Assembly: GCA_007134675.1 (NCBI GenBank)
Contig: SLKJ01000006.1
Span: 1-63,868 of the forward strand
DNA: 63,868 bases
Reading direction: 5' to 3'
DNA from: Bacteroidales bacterium
GTDB taxonomy: Bacteria; Bacteroidota; Bacteroidia; Bacteroidales; PUMT01
The notes under the pieces are model-generated. The model was given only the letters and a program-made list of their open reading frames with translations, did not search any database and was not told the origin of the DNA. Each line of letters starts with the position of its first letter. Position 1 is the first letter of the stretch. Positions 26,065 through 36,662 of this stretch are shown here, piece by piece. Both the position numbers and the translations under genes were made by a program.

Positions 26065-27105
26065 ATGCAATTCACTGCAGGTCAGATAGCTGATTTTCTG
26101 AATGGGGTTGTGGAAGGGGATCCGGAAACAGCAGTAAATGACATTTCCAAAATAGATGATGGAAAGGCCGGAACACTCGCTTTTCTTTCAAATCCCAAAT
26201 ATGAAAAATACATTTATAATACTGACGCCTCGGTTGTGCTTGTGAACAAAGGTTTTGAACCACGGGAGCAGGTGCATGCAACGCTGGTAAGGGTTGATGA
26301 TGCATATCAGGCTGTGGCCAGGCTTCTTCAACTAAGGGAAGAAATGAAGCCTGTACCGGAAGGGATCGAAACCAATGTTTATCTTCACCCCTCGGCACAA
26401 ACCGGTAAAGGGTTATATATTGGAAATTTCTCTGTCATTTCTGCCGGGGCTGTAATCGGGGATAATGTAAAGATTCATCCACAGGTTTTTATTGGTGAAA
26501 ATGTGATCATAGAAGATGAAACAGTACTTCATCCGGGTGTTAAGGTATATTACGATTGCAGAATAGGAAAAGGGTGCACTCTGCATGCAGGAGTAGTTAT
26601 TGGTAGCGATGGTTTCGGGTTCGCACCCCAGTCTGACAAAAATTACAGAAAGATACCTCAGGTTGGAAATGTTATACTGGAAGACCGGGTTGAGATAGGA
26701 GCCAATACTACCATTGACAGGGCTATGATCGGGTCAACCCTGATTCGCAGAGGGGTGAAAATTGATAATCTTGTACAGGTAGCACATAATGTAGAAATAG
26801 GTGAAAACACTGTAATTGCTGCGCAGACCGGCATAGCAGGTTCAACCCGGATCGGCTCTGAATGTATGATTGGGGGACAGGTGGGAATAATTGGTCATCT
26901 TACCATAGCAGATGGGGTTAAAATTGCCGCCCAATCAGGTGTTGGTGTAAGCATAAAAGAGAAAAACTCTGTGGTTCAGGGGTCTCCGGCTTTCCAGCAT
27001 GGAAGATATCAGAGGTCATATGTACTGTACAGAAAATTGCCCGAACTTTATAAGCAATTAAGAAGACTTGAGAATGAAATTGAAAGCCTGAGGCAAGGCA
27101 GATAA
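26065..27105 (+). CDS. lpxD: UDP-3-O-(3-hydroxyacyl)glucosamine N-acyltransferase
   Basis: 346 aa. N-terminal LpxD domain (LAFLSNPKY) followed by hexapeptide repeats. Confidence 0.9.
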   Translation: MQFTAGQIADFLNGVVEGDPETAVNDISKIDDGKAGTLAFLSNPKYEKYIYNTDASVVLVNKGFEPREQVHATLVRVDDAYQAVARLLQLREEMKPVPEGIETNVYLHPSAQTGKGLYIGNFSVISAGAVIGDNVKIHPQVFIGENVIIEDETVLHPGVKVYYDCRIGKGCTLHAGVVIGSDGFGFAPQSDKNYRKIPQVGNVILEDRVEIGANTTIDRAMIGSTLIRRGVKIDNLVQVAHNVEIGENTVIAAQTGIAGSTRIGSECMIGGQVGIIGHLTIADGVKIAAQSGVGVSIKEKNSVVQGSPAFQHGRYQRSYVLYRKLPELYKQLRRLENEIESLRQGR

Positions 27106-27303
27106 TTATGGTTGCTATCGCAAAGGCAGATGATTTTTATTACCCTTTATCAATCTCTTCGCTCTTTATGGATAAGTAGCCAGATTAAGAGTCAGATACA
27201 TGCACGGTCAGGTTATCAGCAATGAGACAGGATAGTCACTTGATTGTTATTTTAATTTGTATATTGCGGTGTTTTTTATCCGGATTCTAATAAAAGAAGT
27301 AAA

Positions 27304-28701
27304 ATGTCCAAAAAGCAAAAAACAATAAAGAAACAGGTTACTCTAAGCGGAAAGGGGCTGCACACCGGTATGCACGTTGACCTTACCTTTATACCGGCAC
27401 CCGTTAATCATGGTTATATCTTCCGGAGGGTTGACCTTGAGGAAAAACCCATGATACATGCTACGGCAGAATTGGTTACAGACACATCACGCGGAACAAC
27501 AATAGAAGAAAAAGGGGTTAGAGTCGGAACAATTGAACATGTAATGGCTGCATTATACGGACTGGAAATTGACAATGTCCTTATGGAAATAAACGGGCCC
27601 GAGGCTCCCATTATTGACGGAAGCTCAAAATTTATTGTCAGGGCACTCAAGGAAGCGGGAATTGTTGATCAGGAACAGAACAAAAACTTCTATGAGATCA
27701 GGGAGAAACTCGTGTTTTCTGACGAGGCCAAAGGTATTGAAATAGTTGTTTTCCCAGATGACAGGTTTTCCGTCGATGTAATGATCGACTACAACTCTAA
27801 AGTATTGGGTCACCAGTATGCCACACTTTCTAAACTTCAGGATTTCGAACATGAGGTTGCGCCCTGCAGGACCTTTGTTTTTTTTCATGAATTGGAGTTT
27901 CTACTGAAGAATAACCTTATCAAGGGTGGGGATCTTGAAAATGCCATTGTGATACTTGAGAATGAAGTTCCCCAGGAGGAACTTGACCGGATAGCTGACC
28001 TTTTCAATAAGCCCAGGATAAAAAGGAATTCTGAGGGTGTACTGAACAACCTGAATTTGTATTTTACCAATGAGCCTGCCCGGCACAAGTTACTTGATAT
28101 TCTTGGCGATTTTGCTTTGATAGGCCGGCCCATAAAGGGGAGGATAGTTGCCAGCCGCCCCGGCCATTTTTCAAATAATCAACTTGCCCGTAAGATCAGG
28201 GGGATGATCAGGGAGGAAGAGACCAAAAGGGCTTTCCCGGATTTTAGTCCGACTGCAGAACCTTTATTCAATGTCAACCAGGTAATGAAAATACTGCCTC
28301 ACAGACCTCCATTCCTGCTGGTTGATAAGATTGCGGCAAAGACCGACACAACAATCGTAGGGATAAAGAACGTGACAATGAATGAGGGGTTTTTTGTAGG
28401 GCATTTCCCTGAAGAACCTGTTATGCCTGGGGTTTTACAAGTTGAGGCAATGGCACAGGTTGGTGGGATTCTTGTGCTTAGTTCCGTTCCCGACCCCGAA
28501 AATTATTCAACATATTTTCTCAAGATAGACAAGGTAAAGTTCAAGCGCAAGGTTGTGCCAGGCGACACTCTGGTATTTAAACTGGAATATCTGGCTCCGG
28601 TAAGACGGGGAATCGTACTTATGTTCGGACAGGCATTTGTCGGAAATGACCTTGTGATGGAAGGTGAACTGATGGCTCAGATAGTGAAGAACAAAAATTA
28701 A
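27304..28701 (+). CDS. Bifunctional UDP-3-O-acyl-GlcNAc deacetylase / 3-hydroxyacyl-ACP dehydratase
   Basis: 465 aa. LpxC N-terminus (TLSGKGLHTG, TIEHVMAAL) fused to a FabZ hot-dog domain (HFPEEPVMPGVLQVEAMAQ). This fusion is typical of Bacteroidota. Confidence 0.9.
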   Translation: MSKKQKTIKKQVTLSGKGLHTGMHVDLTFIPAPVNHGYIFRRVDLEEKPMIHATAELVTDTSRGTTIEEKGVRVGTIEHVMAALYGLEIDNVLMEINGPEAPIIDGSSKFIVRALKEAGIVDQEQNKNFYEIREKLVFSDEAKGIEIVVFPDDRFSVDVMIDYNSKVLGHQYATLSKLQDFEHEVAPCRTFVFFHELEFLLKNNLIKGGDLENAIVILENEVPQEELDRIADLFNKPRIKRNSEGVLNNLNLYFTNEPARHKLLDILGDFALIGRPIKGRIVASRPGHFSNNQLARKIRGMIREEETKRAFPDFSPTAEPLFNVNQVMKILPHRPPFLLVDKIAAKTDTTIVGIKNVTMNEGFFVGHFPEEPVMPGVLQVEAMAQVGGILVLSSVPDPENYSTYFLKIDKVKFKRKVVPGDTLVFKLEYLAPVRRGIVLMFGQAFVGNDLVMEGELMAQIVKNKN

Positions 28702-28717
28702 AATATCTTTTTTATAA

Positions 28718-29527
28718 ATGAATCAAGCGCTTAACAGAATTCATCCGGATGCAAAAATTGGTAAAAATGTTGTGGTAGAGTCTTTCTCAACTATTTCGGC
28801 AGATGTGGTGATCGGAGACGATTCGTGGATCGGACCCAATGTAACAATTATGGATGGTGCCCGAATAGGGAAAAAATGCAGAATATTCCCTGGAGCTGTC
28901 ATCGCTGGCATTCCTCAGGATCTGAAGTTCAGGGGAGAAAAAACGGTTGCTGAAATCGGAGATAACACAATTATCCGGGAATGTGTGACAGTTAACAGAG
29001 GTACTGCAGCAAGAGGAAAAACAATAGTTGGAAGCAATTCGATGTTAATGGCTTATGTCCATGTAGCACACGATTGCCACATAGGCAATCATTGCATTCT
29101 TGTAAACAGCGTGGGCCTTGCCGGTGAGGTGGAGGTTGACGATTACGCCATAATAGGAGGGATGACAGCTGTCCATCAGTTCTGCAGGATCGGAACTCAC
29201 AGTATGGTGGGTGGTGCATCTAAGGTTAAAAAGGATATTCCGCCTTATATCAGAGCTTCACGGGAACCTCTCCAGTATGTTGGGGTTAACACTATCGGGC
29301 TGCGCCGCAGGAACTTTTCGACCGAGTCCATCTATACTATCCGGGATATTTTACAGGTACTTTATCAGAAAGGACTGAATACTACCCAGGCTCTTGAGAA
29401 AATTTTAGATCTGTTCAGTCAGGGAGAGGAGAGGGACAATATTGTTGATTTTGTCCGGGGCTCTTCAAGGGGAATAATTAAAGGGTATGATCCGGATAAT
29501 GGCGCAACTGATGAAGACGATTTCTGA
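28718..29527 (+). CDS. lpxA: Acyl-ACP--UDP-GlcNAc O-acyltransferase
   Basis: 269 aa. IHPDAKIG start, hexapeptide repeats and an LpxA C-terminal helical domain. Confidence 0.9.
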   Translation: MNQALNRIHPDAKIGKNVVVESFSTISADVVIGDDSWIGPNVTIMDGARIGKKCRIFPGAVIAGIPQDLKFRGEKTVAEIGDNTIIRECVTVNRGTAARGKTIVGSNSMLMAYVHVAHDCHIGNHCILVNSVGLAGEVEVDDYAIIGGMTAVHQFCRIGTHSMVGGASKVKKDIPPYIRASREPLQYVGVNTIGLRRRNFSTESIYTIRDILQVLYQKGLNTTQALEKILDLFSQGEERDNIVDFVRGSSRGIIKGYDPDNGATDEDDF

Positions 29528-29536
29528 CACTTATAA

Positions 29537-30577
29537 TTATTCCTGGCTGCCATAGGCATTCCATCCCTGGGCTGTCAGTGGTATAAATGTGCCGTCATGA
29601 GTTACCAGGCTGCAACCGTCTTCCCTCTCTGTTATATGTCCGATTGTCCTGATTTTTTTATTATTCTTTACCTTAACAAATTCCCCGGGAGATAAAGTAA
29701 ACAGCAATTCATAGTCCTCGCCCCCGTTTAACGCTGCTACAAGAGGTGTAATGTTAAATTCTGCAGATAGCTTTTCAGTTTGATGATCTATGGGTATATG
29801 CTCAGCAAAAATTTTACATCCTTTATTGGATTCCTCGCAAATATGAAGGATATCCGATGAAAGTCCGTCCGAAATGTCTATCATGGCGGACGGAGATACA
29901 TTGTATTCCCTGAAGTAAGAAATAATATCTGCCCTTGGTTCAGGTTTCAGTTGCCTTTGAAGCAGGTAATCATAACCCTCCAGTGCTGGCTGAATATCAG
30001 GATTTCCAAGGAAAATCTTTTTTTCTCTTTCAAGAAGCTGCAGCCCCAGATAGGCAGCTCCGAGATCTCCCGAAACACAGATCAGATCGTTCTTTTTAGC
30101 CCCGTTTCTGTAGACTATTTTTTCTCTTTCTCCCTCTCCCACAGCAGTTATGCTTAATGCCACGCCTGTCATCGAAGTGGAAGTATCGCCACCGACCAGG
30201 TCGACGTTATAGTTCTCACATGCAAGTTTTATTCCGGAATAAAGATTTTCAACTTTCTGTAGAGTGAGTTTTGATGAGAAGGCCAGGGATACAATTATTT
30301 GCCTGGGAACGGCATTCATAGCGTACAGGTCCGACATGTTTGCAACAACAGCCTTGTAGCCGAGATGTTTCATTGGGGAGTAGATAAGGTTGAAATGGAT
30401 TCCCTCCATAAAGATATCACTTGTAATAACAACCAGCTTCTCGCCATAGTCGAGTACAGCTGCATCATCGCCAATTCCTTTCAGGGTACTCTGATTTTTC
30501 AGCCGGATATCTTCGGTCAGGTGTCTTATAAGGCCAAACTCACCCAGTTCCTCTATTGTGGTTTTTTTCTCTTTCAT
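29537..30577 (-). CDS. thiL: Thiamine-monophosphate kinase
   Basis: 346 aa. AIR-synthase-like fold with the GIGDDAAV motif. Confidence 0.87.
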   Translation of the reverse strand: MKEKKTTIEELGEFGLIRHLTEDIRLKNQSTLKGIGDDAAVLDYGEKLVVITSDIFMEGIHFNLIYSPMKHLGYKAVVANMSDLYAMNAVPRQIIVSLAFSSKLTLQKVENLYSGIKLACENYNVDLVGGDTSTSMTGVALSITAVGEGEREKIVYRNGAKKNDLICVSGDLGAAYLGLQLLEREKKIFLGNPDIQPALEGYDYLLQRQLKPEPRADIISYFREYNVSPSAMIDISDGLSSDILHICEESNKGCKIFAEHIPIDHQTEKLSAEFNITPLVAALNGGEDYELLFTLSPGEFVKVKNNKKIRTIGHITEREDGCSLVTHDGTFIPLTAQGWNAYGSQE

Positions 30578-30804
30578 ATTGATTGGAGTGGATTAAATAA
30601 TTTCTTTTTTGGTACACTTTAATGTGTATGTGATTTAACAAATACCGGCTAAATTTGTTAGTATTTTTGCTAACTTTGCTCTTATTTAGATTAATTCCAG
30701 CCTGGTACAGGAGCTTTGCCAATACAACTGGCTGGCATGGGTTAATAAGGAAGAACAAAGTTATTAAACCCGATCAAAAATATGAACAAGTTTTTTTGAA
30801 TAAT

Positions 30805-32253
30805 ATGCAAAAGGAACAGGACCAAATATTGAATGAGGTAACCACCGGTGAATATAAGTATGGGTTTTATACTGATATTGAACATGATTCCATTGGAAAG
30901 GGCCTTAATGAAGATGTGATAAGGTTGATATCGGAAAAAAAGAATGAACCGGAATTCATGCTTCAGTTCCGTCTCAAGGCTTATCGCCACTGGCTTACGA
31001 TGAAAATGCCAGGTTGGGCTCATCTTGATATACCTCCGATAGACTACCAGGAGCTGGTATATTATTCTGCACCGAAACAGAAGGCCAGGCTGAGCAGCCT
31101 TGATGAGGTTGATCCTGAGCTGCTTGAGACTTTCAATAAATTGGGAATCCCTCTGGAGGAGCAGAAACATCTCGCCGGTGTTGCCGTTGATGCAGTGATG
31201 GACAGTGTTTCGGTAAAAACAACCTTTAAAGAGACGCTGGCTGAACTTGGTATAATTTTCTGTTCTTTCAGTGAGGCGGTCAGGGAGTATCCGGATCTGG
31301 TCAGACAGTATATGGGTTCTGTAGTACCTTATACTGATAACTACTATGCAGCGCTGAACTCTGCTGTTTTCAGCGACGGGTCATTTTGTTACATCCCGAA
31401 GGGTGTGCGATGCCCGATGGAATTATCCACCTACTTCAGAATAAATGCTGCAAATACCGGTCAGTTTGAGCGCACCCTGATCGTTGCAGAGGATAACAGT
31501 TACGTAAGTTACCTTGAAGGTTGCACAGCTCCCATGCGGGATGAAAACCAGTTGCATGCCGCTATCGTTGAAATAGTAGCTATGGAGGGCGCAGAGGTCA
31601 AATATGCAACGGTTCAGAACTGGTATCCCGGAAATAAGGAGGGCAAGGGAGGTATATATAATTTCGTAACTAAACGGGGTATTTGCAAGGGCGATAATTC
31701 CAAAATATCATGGACCCAGGTTGAGACAGGATCGGCTATTACATGGAAGTATCCCAGTTGTATACTTAAGGGTGATAATACAACCGGCGAGTTCTATTCT
31801 GTTGCACTGACCAATAACCGCCAGCAGGCCGATACCGGTACAAAGATGATACATATAGGCAAAAACAGTAAAAGCATAATTGTATCAAAGGGAATCAGTT
31901 CGGGAGTGAGCAATAACAGTTATCGCGGACTGGTAAAGGTGTTGCGTGGTGCTGAAAATGCAAGGAACTTCAGTCAGTGCGACTCTCTTCTTCTTGGTGA
32001 TAAATGCGGCGCACACACTTTCCCCTATATTGAATCCAACAACCAGTCCGCTATCATTGAACATGAAGCCACAACCTCCAGGATTGGTGAGGATCAGATC
32101 TTCTACTGTAATCAACGGGGTATTGCCACCGAAGACGCTATAAGCTTGATAGTCAATGGATATGCTAAAGAGGTTCTGAACAAGCTGCCTATGGAGTTTG
32201 CAGTTGAGGCTCAAAAGCTCCTGCAAATCAGTCTGGAGGGAAGTGTGGGGTGA
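30805..32253 (+). CDS. sufB: Fe-S cluster assembly scaffold SufB
   Basis: The ATG at 30805 gives a 482-aa SufB (EYKYGF..., [15 protein letters not shown]). The 50-codon upstream extension in the ORF track (TTG at 30655) overlaps the promoter region. Confidence 0.9.
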   Translation: MQKEQDQILNEVTTGEYKYGFYTDIEHDSIGKGLNEDVIRLISEKKNEPEFMLQFRLKAYRHWLTMKMPGWAHLDIPPIDYQELVYYSAPKQKARLSSLDEVDPELLETFNKLGIPLEEQKHLAGVAVDAVMDSVSVKTTFKETLAELGIIFCSFSEAVREYPDLVRQYMGSVVPYTDNYYAALNSAVFSDGSFCYIPKGVRCPMELSTYFRINAANTGQFERTLIVAEDNSYVSYLEGCTAPMRDENQLHAAIVEIVAMEGAEVKYATVQNWYPGNKEGKGGIYNFVTKRGICKGDNSKISWTQVETGSAITWKYPSCILKGDNTTGEFYSVALTNNRQQADTGTKMIHIGKNSKSIIVSKGISSGVSNNSYRGLVKVLRGAENARNFSQCDSLLLGDKCGAHTFPYIESNNQSAIIEHEATTSRIGEDQIFYCNQRGIATEDAISLIVNGYAKEVLNKLPMEFAVEAQKLLQISLEGSVG

Positions 32254-32376
32254 CATTGATTTTATCCGGGAATCAATGTATTAACATTATGAAAGGTTTT
32301 GCGACAGTTAACAAACAAACGTATAAAACAATACGGATATTAAATGAAAGGTATTATTTCATAAATTTTTTTAAAG

Positions 32377-33132
32377 ATGTTAGTTATTAAAGATTTAAAA
32401 GTTTCAATAGAAGGCGGGGAAATACTTAAGGGGGTTAGCCTGGAGGTAAATGCAGGGGAAGTACATGCAATTATGGGGCCTAACGGTTCGGGAAAGAGTA
32501 CCCTTGCTGCAGTTTTAGCCGGAAGGGACCTTTACGAGGTTGATTCGGGCACTATTTCATATATGGGAGAAGACCTTCTTGAAAAGTCTCCCGAAGAACG
32601 TGCCAAGGAGGGTCTTTTTCTGGGATTTCAGTATCCGATAGAGATTCCCGGCGTAAGTATGGTAAACTTTATGAAAACAGCCATTAATGAAATGAGAAAG
32701 CACAGAGGGGAGGAACCCTTGTCCGCTTCCGAGTTTCTTAAGAAAATGAGACAGAAGAAAGAGCTCGTGGAGATAGATTCGTCTCTGACGAACAGATCAG
32801 TTAATGAGGGTTTTTCCGGAGGGGAGAAGAAGAAAAACGAGATATTCCAGATGGCAATGCTTGAACCTAAACTGGCCGTCCTGGATGAAACTGATTCAGG
32901 GCTTGACATAGATGCCCTGAAGGTAGTGGCCAGGGGGGTTAATAACCTGAGATCATCCGAGAACGCAATAATTGTCATTACCCATTATCAGAGGTTGCTT
33001 GATTATATAGTTCCTGATTACGTGCATGTACTTTACAAGGGGCGAATCGTCAGGTCAGGTGGCAAGGAACTTGCCCTGTTGCTGGAGGAGAAGGGGTATG
33101 AATGGATACGCCAGGAAGAATTGAATTTATAA
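32377..33132 (+). CDS. sufC: Fe-S cluster assembly ATPase SufC
   Basis: 251 aa. Walker A GPNGSGKST, ABC signature FSGGEKKK, Walker B LAVLDETDSGLD. Confidence 0.93.
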   Translation: MLVIKDLKVSIEGGEILKGVSLEVNAGEVHAIMGPNGSGKSTLAAVLAGRDLYEVDSGTISYMGEDLLEKSPEERAKEGLFLGFQYPIEIPGVSMVNFMKTAINEMRKHRGEEPLSASEFLKKMRQKKELVEIDSSLTNRSVNEGFSGGEKKKNEIFQMAMLEPKLAVLDETDSGLDIDALKVVARGVNNLRSSENAIIVITHYQRLLDYIVPDYVHVLYKGRIVRSGGKELALLLEEKGYEWIRQEELNL

Positions 33133-33161
33133 GTGTGCTTATTGAATATATTAAATTAAAT

Positions 33162-34529
33162 ATGAGTACAATAACAAAAAATATGTCTCTCAGGGATCAG
33201 TTCCTGAATTTATATCGCGACAGGGCAGGGGATATATCTGCTAACTCGGCTCCATTGCTCAATAACTATAGGGATGGGGCTCTGGCCAGGCTGGAGGATC
33301 TTGGTTTCCCCGTTAAGGGAAGTGAGGAATACCGTTATGCTGACATTGAATCGGTTTTTAAAAACGATCTTCAAAAAGATTTTGGAGATATAAGGGTTAC
33401 GTTTAATATACGGGAGATATTTCATTGTGATGTTCCTGACCTGGATACCAATTTACTTTTACTCGTGAACGGAAGATATTATAATGGCAGTGAGCTGATC
33501 AGAAAGCTTCCTGGCGGGATAATTGCCGGAAGTCTTGCCCAGGCAGCGAAGGATTATCCAGAAATAGTCGAAAAGCATTACGGTCGTTACGCCGGCGCCT
33601 CTGATGATGGTCTGGTGGCTCTGAATACCGCTTTTGCGCAGGATGGGATATTTATATATGTCCCTGAGAGGGTTAAATCGGAAAAACCGATACAGGTAGT
33701 AAATATCATGATATCCGATAATGACCTGATGGCACAGCACAGGAATCTTTTTATTGCTGAAGATGGTGCGGAGGCAAAAATCGTGGTATGTGATCACAGC
33801 CTTTCTGCCCACAGGTTCCTAACAAATTCAGTTAATGAGGTGTTTACCGGTAAAGGTGCTCAGATCAATCTTACCAGGATACAGAATGAGCATAATGGTT
33901 CCTCTCAGATCACCCACTCATACAGTCACCAGGAAGCCGGATCAAATCTGACTGCAAGCATAATATCGCTGCATGGGGGATTTATCCGGAACAACATATT
34001 TGTTACCCTGAATGGTGAACATGCGGAGAATCACAGCATGGGACTTTATTTGTCGGATAAGGGACAGTATATTGACAATTTTGTGCACATAGACCATGCC
34101 AGTCCCAATTGCTTCAGCAACCAGCTGTTCAAGGGAGTGCTGGATGATTATGCATCAGGCTCATTCAACGGACGGATACTTGTGCGCCGCGATGCACAGA
34201 AAACCAACGCTTACCAGTCCAATAACAACATTCTGCTCACTGATGATGCCAAAATGTATTCCCGGCCCCAACTTGAAATTTATGCAGACGATGTGAAATG
34301 CAGCCATGGTTCAACCATGGGCCGGCTTGATGATAATGCCCTGTTTTACCTTCGGTCAAGGGGGATTGATAAACGTGAGGCACGTCTTATGCTTATGTTT
34401 GCATTTGCACATGAGGTAATACAGAATATCAAGGTAAAAGCCCTGCAGGAGAGAATAGATGATCTCGTGAATAAGCGGCTGCGAGGCGAACTAAGCCGCT
34501 GCAATAATTGTGCGATGAAATGCGGGTAG
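33162..34529 (+). CDS. sufD: Fe-S cluster assembly protein SufD
   Basis: 455 aa from the ATG at 33162. SufB/D beta-helix with C-terminal VKCSHGSTMGRLD. Confidence 0.88.
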   Translation: MSTITKNMSLRDQFLNLYRDRAGDISANSAPLLNNYRDGALARLEDLGFPVKGSEEYRYADIESVFKNDLQKDFGDIRVTFNIREIFHCDVPDLDTNLLLLVNGRYYNGSELIRKLPGGIIAGSLAQAAKDYPEIVEKHYGRYAGASDDGLVALNTAFAQDGIFIYVPERVKSEKPIQVVNIMISDNDLMAQHRNLFIAEDGAEAKIVVCDHSLSAHRFLTNSVNEVFTGKGAQINLTRIQNEHNGSSQITHSYSHQEAGSNLTASIISLHGGFIRNNIFVTLNGEHAENHSMGLYLSDKGQYIDNFVHIDHASPNCFSNQLFKGVLDDYASGSFNGRILVRRDAQKTNAYQSNNNILLTDDAKMYSRPQLEIYADDVKCSHGSTMGRLDDNALFYLRSRGIDKREARLMLMFAFAHEVIQNIKVKALQERIDDLVNKRLRGELSRCNNCAMKCG

Positions 34530-34574
34530 GGATTATTTATGGATGGCAATATTTGCATTAACAGATAAAATATT

Positions 34575-35798
34575 TTGAATTTCGATATAAATAAAATAAG
34601 GAAAGATTTTCCCATACTCGGGCAAAAGGTCAATAAGAAGCCTTTTGTTTACTTTGATAATGCTGCTACCACCCAGAAGCCTTTCAAGGTCATTGAACGG
34701 ATGAATAAGGTCTACAGGGAAACCAACAGCAATATCCACAGGGGAGTACATTACCTTAGTAATATCACGACCCGTGATTTTGAGAATGCCAGGGAGTCCA
34801 TCAGGTCATTTATAAATGCAAAACATGATCATGAGATAATATTCACGCCGGGTACTACGTCGGGAATTAACCTGGTAGCCTGCAGCTTTGGAGAAAAATA
34901 CGTAAGTGAGGGAGATGAGATATTGATTTCTGCTTTGGAACATCACGCCAATATTGTTCCCTGGCAGATGCTTTGTAAAAGGAAAGGGGCAAAACTCCGG
35001 GTTATTCCCATGAATGATGATGGTGAACTTATTCTGGATGAATATGAAAAGCTGCTTTCTTCCAGAACGCGCATAGTTGCAATTACCCATGTTGCCAATT
35101 CGATTGGCACCGTAAATCCGGTAAAGGAGATAATAAAATCGGCTCATAGACTTGCAGTGCCTGTATTGGTTGACGGCGCACAGGCCGTTCAGCATGGAAG
35201 GGTGGATGTTCAGGAGCTGGGCGCGGACTTCTATGTGTTTTCCGGACATAAGATGTACGGGCCAACAGGCATAGGTGCACTTTACGGCAGGGAAGATATC
35301 CTGGAAGAGATACCTCCATACCAGACAGGAGGGGAGATGGTTGACCGGGTGACCTTTGAGAAGACAACATTTAACAGGCTTCCGTTCAAATTTGAAGCCG
35401 GAACCCCCAACTATACGGGTGCAATAGGTATGGCGGCAGCAGTTGAATATCTTAAGGAAACAGGACTTGAGGAGATATCTGCACATGAAAAGGATCTTCT
35501 TGAGTATGGAACACGCCGTCTTTCAGAGTTTAAAGAACTGATCATGTTCGGACGCGCAAAAGAAAAAATAAGCGTGCTTTCATTTGTGCTTGAAGGTATC
35601 CATCCGTATGATGCAGGTATGGTTATCGATAAGTACGGAATTGCAGTCCGTACCGGAACTCATTGTGCCCAGCCTGTCATGGACCGATTTGATATATCCG
35701 GAACCATAAGGGCTTCACTGGCTTTTTACAATACCCGTGAAGAGATAGACCGACTGTGCGAAGCAATTGAAAAAGTTATACAGATGTTTAAACAGTAA
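34575..35798 (+). CDS. sufS: Cysteine desulfurase SufS
   Basis: 407 aa. PLP lysine context FSGHKMYGPTGIG and active-site loop RTGTHCAQP. TTG start. Confidence 0.92.
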   Translation: MNFDINKIRKDFPILGQKVNKKPFVYFDNAATTQKPFKVIERMNKVYRETNSNIHRGVHYLSNITTRDFENARESIRSFINAKHDHEIIFTPGTTSGINLVACSFGEKYVSEGDEILISALEHHANIVPWQMLCKRKGAKLRVIPMNDDGELILDEYEKLLSSRTRIVAITHVANSIGTVNPVKEIIKSAHRLAVPVLVDGAQAVQHGRVDVQELGADFYVFSGHKMYGPTGIGALYGREDILEEIPPYQTGGEMVDRVTFEKTTFNRLPFKFEAGTPNYTGAIGMAAAVEYLKETGLEEISAHEKDLLEYGTRRLSEFKELIMFGRAKEKISVLSFVLEGIHPYDAGMVIDKYGIAVRTGTHCAQPVMDRFDISGTIRASLAFYNTREEIDRLCEAIEKVIQMFKQ

Positions 35799-35810
35799 AC
35801 AGCTGAAGAT

Positions 35811-36242
35811 ATGCATATCAATGAAATACAGGACCAGATAGTAGAGGAGTTTGAAATTTTCGACGACTGGATGGATAAATATAATTATCTTATCGACCTC
35901 AGCAGGTCGCTTCCTGTCATTGATGATAAATATAAAACACCTGAATATCTGATCGAAGGGTGCCAGTCCAGGGTATGGCTCAGGGCTGATATGGAAAACG
36001 GAAAAGTTGTTTATAAGGCCGACAGCGATGCAGTAATTACAAAGGGTATAATATCCCTGCTGATTCGTGTCATGTCAGACAGGCACCCGGAGGAGATAAT
36101 TAATAATGATCTCTATTTTATTGATAAAATAGGTCTGAAAGAGAATCTTTCTCCCACCAGGTCCAACGGACTGGTTTCAATGATAAAACAGATGAAACTA
36201 TACGCAATTGCCTATCAGGCAAAAGCTAAAAAAGACAACTGA
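35811..36242 (+). CDS. sufE: Sulfur acceptor SufE
   Basis: 143 aa with the conserved EGCQSRVWL cysteine motif. Confidence 0.88.
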   Translation: MHINEIQDQIVEEFEIFDDWMDKYNYLIDLSRSLPVIDDKYKTPEYLIEGCQSRVWLRADMENGKVVYKADSDAVITKGIISLLIRVMSDRHPEEIINNDLYFIDKIGLKENLSPTRSNGLVSMIKQMKLYAIAYQAKAKKDN

Positions 36243-36245
36243 GTG

Positions 36246-36569
36246 ATGGAAAAGCAGGATAATTATCTGGAACTTGAGAGTGAGATTGGAAAGGTTTTGA
36301 AAAATATATATGATCCTGAGATACCGGTCAATATTTACGACCTGGGGCTCATTTACGAGATAATTGTAGATGATGACCGGAAGGTTGAGATCGTTATGAC
36401 TCTTACTGCTCCCAATTGTCCCATGGTGGATGAACTTATGGCCGAAATCAATGAAAAGGTCAGGGCGGTTGAAGGGGTAAGGGACCTGGTTATAAATCTT
36501 ACTTTTGATCCGCCGTGGGACAAGAGCATGATGACAGAAGAGGCAATGCTTGATCTTGGCCTTCTTTAA
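36246..36569 (+). CDS. SUF system Fe-S assembly protein (DUF59/SufT-like)
   Basis: About 107 aa. DPEIPVNIYDLGLIY and LTAPNCPM motifs of DUF59. ATG at 36246; the GTG at 36243 is used in the ORF track. Confidence 0.85.
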   Translation: MEKQDNYLELESEIGKVLKNIYDPEIPVNIYDLGLIYEIIVDDDRKVEIVMTLTAPNCPMVDELMAEINEKVRAVEGVRDLVINLTFDPPWDKSMMTEEAMLDLGLL

Positions 36570-36662
36570 ATCATGTCCTCCTGATAACTGCCGATTAAAA
36601 ATTCTGACAGGATTTATCCGGATCTCAGGCAGGTCATTTGATACAATAGATTGGATAAAATA

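Noticed and set aside
30655-30804. N-terminal extensions in the ORF track for sufB (30655), sufD (33102) and tatD (to 5039)
   Set aside because: The extensions overlap promoter DNA or the preceding gene. Internal ATGs give canonical N-termini and remove the overlaps.
34806-35486. 226-aa ORF antisense to sufS
   Set aside because: It is a shadow ORF within a well-supported PLP cysteine desulfurase gene, and its Cys/Arg-rich sequence is not protein-like.
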